A stretch of 64,000 nucleotides of DNA from Antedon mediterranea (taxonomy: Eukaryota; Animalia; Echinodermata). The notes below the pieces were generated by a model. The model saw only the letters and a list, made by a program, of their open reading frames with translations, was not told where the DNA came from and made no database searches. The position numbers and the translations under genes are program-made. Where the stretch lies: positions 8,161,888 to 8,225,887 of the forward strand of contig NC_092676.1 of the NCBI RefSeq assembly GCF_964355755.1, written 5' to 3'. Of this stretch, positions 61,701 to 64,000 are shown piece after piece (positions within the stretch are counted from its first letter, which is position 1; each line of letters opens with the position of its first letter).

Positions 61701-63922
61701 TGGACTATCTTTAGTCCTAGAATAACTTTAGTCCTGGACTAACTTTAGTCCTGGACTATCTTTAGTCCTGGACTATCTTTAGTCTTGGACTATCTTTAGT
61801 CCTGGACTATCTTTAGTCCTGGACTATCTTTAGTCCTGGACTAACTTTAGTCCTGGACTATCTTTAGTCCTAGAATAACTTTAGTCCTGGACTATCTTTA
61901 GTCTTTGACTATCTTTAGTCCTAGAATAACTTTAGTCCTGGACTAACTTTAGTCCTGGACTAACTTTAGTCCTGGACTATCTTTAGTCCTGGATTTTCTT
62001 TAGTCCATTATTAAGCTAGCTCTTTATATCCTACCTATTAAACTATATATTTACTAACCTTAGGTACACGAGCATCGACCATGAGCTGTTTCTTGGTTTG
62101 ATTGTCTGCATCGTTGACATAATTCGCTACAAGTTGTTTACCTGCAAGTGGTGGCAGACCTGCTGAATTTTTTACTCCGACCGAGTTCTTGAAATGAGAC
62201 CTGTTCTGGATAAGTACTGGGGCAGGTGGTAGAGGGCGCCGTTCTCTAACGTGGCTGAACAGAGGCTGATCCTGAAGAAAAAATGAAAGTTTATAAGTTT
62301 GTAGTAGCAAAAACACATTTCTCAAATTCTTCACACACCAGTAGACTTTTAGATATATTGATAATAATTTTTTTTTATGTTTTTGTTAAATATTTCGTTT
62401 TAATGTTACATAATAGGTATTCCCTTTGACTTAAAATTGAAAAAAAAAAAGTCATTTACATGAAAAGAACTTTAATTTAAAGCAAAAAGAAGTTAATTTT
62501 ATTACAACTGCCTATACTCATGGTATGTGCTGTATGATTTGATTTGAATTTATATGAAAAATCATTATAAAAAATACCTACAAATTGATAACATTAATTA
62601 TTGACTAAACGTAATACATTTTCCAGAATAGCCCCAAAAGCTACAGAATAGAAATAGCCAATGGTTAAAAAATAATATGTGTCTAGTCATGGAGTTCTAG
62701 TGTTGTTCTGTGCAAAGTAGGCCTGTGCAGTACAGAACAAATGACAAATCTTCTGAAGAGAAGAGGGAAAGTACATTAGGTATTTATATTGGTTCAGATA
62801 TCAAACATAAAATTTAGAATCATAGCCAACAGACTTTATGGAGAGTCTCTGTTATATTGTTTGATAGTGGGGAAGAAAAGGACATACTGCTCTCTATTTT
62901 ATTGGTGTACATTAAAGAATCAGAATGATGAAATTCAGTGGCTGTAAAGTTTACAAATAAACAAACCATCTCCGTATGCGACGTTTCTGAAGTGACACTA
63001 GATGATGACGGATGAATCCTTCCACTACGTTTTCGGGATGCTCTAATTTTCACAGGGATATCTTCATCTAGGTCGGTGTCCCTAAAATTAAAGAAAACAA
63101 GAGTTCATTAAACATAATCTCCAGATTTACTGATATCCAAAGATAATGTTGCTAGGATTATCATTGAATCATGGACACTAACACCATTTGCTTATACAGT
63201 AATTATTATATAAATCATGAATTTTTATGAGTTGAATGGGAAGAATATTTATGAATTAAAGGAACACTCTCATTGTCCTAACATAAACTGAAAAAGTCCC
63301 ATGTCATAGCACACATAACATTTTCTCTGTCTTTCTTTTATATAACAGTTTGACCAGGGAGTTGTTATTGTTATTATTATTATTATCTAATAACAACTCC
63401 CTGGTTTGACTTTATAAAATTATGCAAATTAGACTTTACATTCTATTTTGGTTATATATTCGAAAATGTTTAATTAAATTACTAAAAAGCTAAAACATTT
63501 TATGGTCAGACGTTGGTTTTGTATTTATAGAGACGTGATCGATACAATTGAATTTGCATCTAATAGCTTTGTAATGTTTATATATCTGCAAAATGACGAC
63601 AGGTGGTTCATTGGTATAAATCAATATGTACAATGTCTACATATATTTCAACATTATCAACAACCATTGTGCATATTATATCATATGCAATATCATGTCA
63701 GTATGATGACGTACAGTGAATATAAATGTAAATTTACTTAATTTTTAATATTTAATGATTTCATAACCAGGATCCAGTGAGTAAAGTATAATTAAGATAT
63801 CCATAACAAGTTATTGTTATACATTTCATATTTACATTACCAGGCAGAAACTGTTTTTGTCAATTAATAAGCTTTGGATTACCATATTTAGAATAAACAC
63901 TCACCGTGGAATATAAACAGCC
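43709..63922 (-). CDS. 3' part (about 736 aa) of a large, mostly disordered/coiled-coil protein of unknown identity; 5' end lies beyond the window
   Basis: Phase-consistent GT-AG exons 63922-63905, 63081-62967, 62271-62059, 61017-60847, 60340-60302, 56534-56482, 56394-56328, 56086-56006, 53160-52999, 52258-51278, 44167-44026 and 43878-43709. It includes a charged helix (IEELQYEISKWKKRQEQRSRRKEKKKTRKLMEEMERQRDDRERAQRE) and a coiled coil (LDDLKEKNKELQRQLEQQQR), and ends in SKLWNFVSSPFD*. I recognised no catalytic domain. Confidence 0.78.
49070..49318. repeat. Minisatellite, 32-40-bp unit
   Basis: ggatggcctagcttccc(g/a)gcctagcat... about 7 copies. Confidence 0.9.
49398..49698. mobile_element. 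Kolobok-like MITE copy
   Basis: TTAA|AGATGTATTGTCCCC...GGGGACAATACATCT; same family as 7063-7370. Confidence 0.7.
52718..52950 (-). mobile_element. tRNA-derived SINE
   Basis: Minus-strand head AGTGGTTAGGACACTTG...GGGTTCAATTCCCG and a (TACCTT)n-like tail (aaaggtaaaggt on the + strand). Confidence 0.6.
58677..58901. mobile_element. pogo/Tigger-like MITE (CAGTAGAACCC...GGGTTCTACTG)
   Basis: Inverted termini. Related fragments at about 29598, 41382-41555, 41825-41867, 45660-45830 and 56750-57072. Confidence 0.65.
61580..62008. repeat. 17-bp palindromic minisatellite (GGACTA-TCTT-TAGTCC-T), about 25 copies
   Basis: Head-to-tail units with no spacers; each unit is a self-complementary hairpin. 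Confidence 0.92.
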
Positions 63923-64000
63923 CTAGAATAAAGACCCTTTATTTTTTTCTTTGCTTAAACGTCCCACCAGATTCCTATACAGCTGTATTATAACACATTT

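Noticed and set aside
61580-62008. CRISPR-like palindromic repeat array
   Set aside because: Units are head-to-tail with no unique spacers, there are no cas genes, and the context is a eukaryotic intron.

Overview
AT-rich, intron-rich animal genomic DNA. It is most likely an echinoderm, possibly a crinoid; this is inferred from the kisspeptin-type precursor and the repeat families. I rebuilt five spliced protein-coding genes by hand from GT-AG sites and phase continuity. (1) + strand 2414-3366: a kisspeptin-type neuropeptide precursor of 189 aa with two predicted PF-amide peptides. (2) - strand 15947-7560: a secreted precursor of 190 aa in 7 coding exons, barely visible in the ORF track and lying tail-to-tail with the kisspeptin gene. 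It contains KR-VWTARRPPSWTRALKTETIQ-G-RK and a C-terminal segment resembling galanin message-associated peptide (GMAP). It is a candidate echinoderm galanin/spexin-type precursor and the main finding. (3) + strand 24003-26801: a secreted lectin with three SUEL (rhamnose-binding) domains. (4) - strand 31142-29119: a Kazal + VWC-like + antistasin-like protein with an acidic Ser-Gly tail; its 5' exon was not found. (5) - strand 63922-43709: the 3' part of a large, mostly disordered protein of unknown identity. Introns and intergenic DNA are full of MITEs (Harbinger-, Kolobok-, Tc1/pogo- and hAT-like), tRNA-derived SINEs, Penelope-like remnants with hammerhead-like motifs, and tandem repeats. All gene models are manual predictions with no transcript support.
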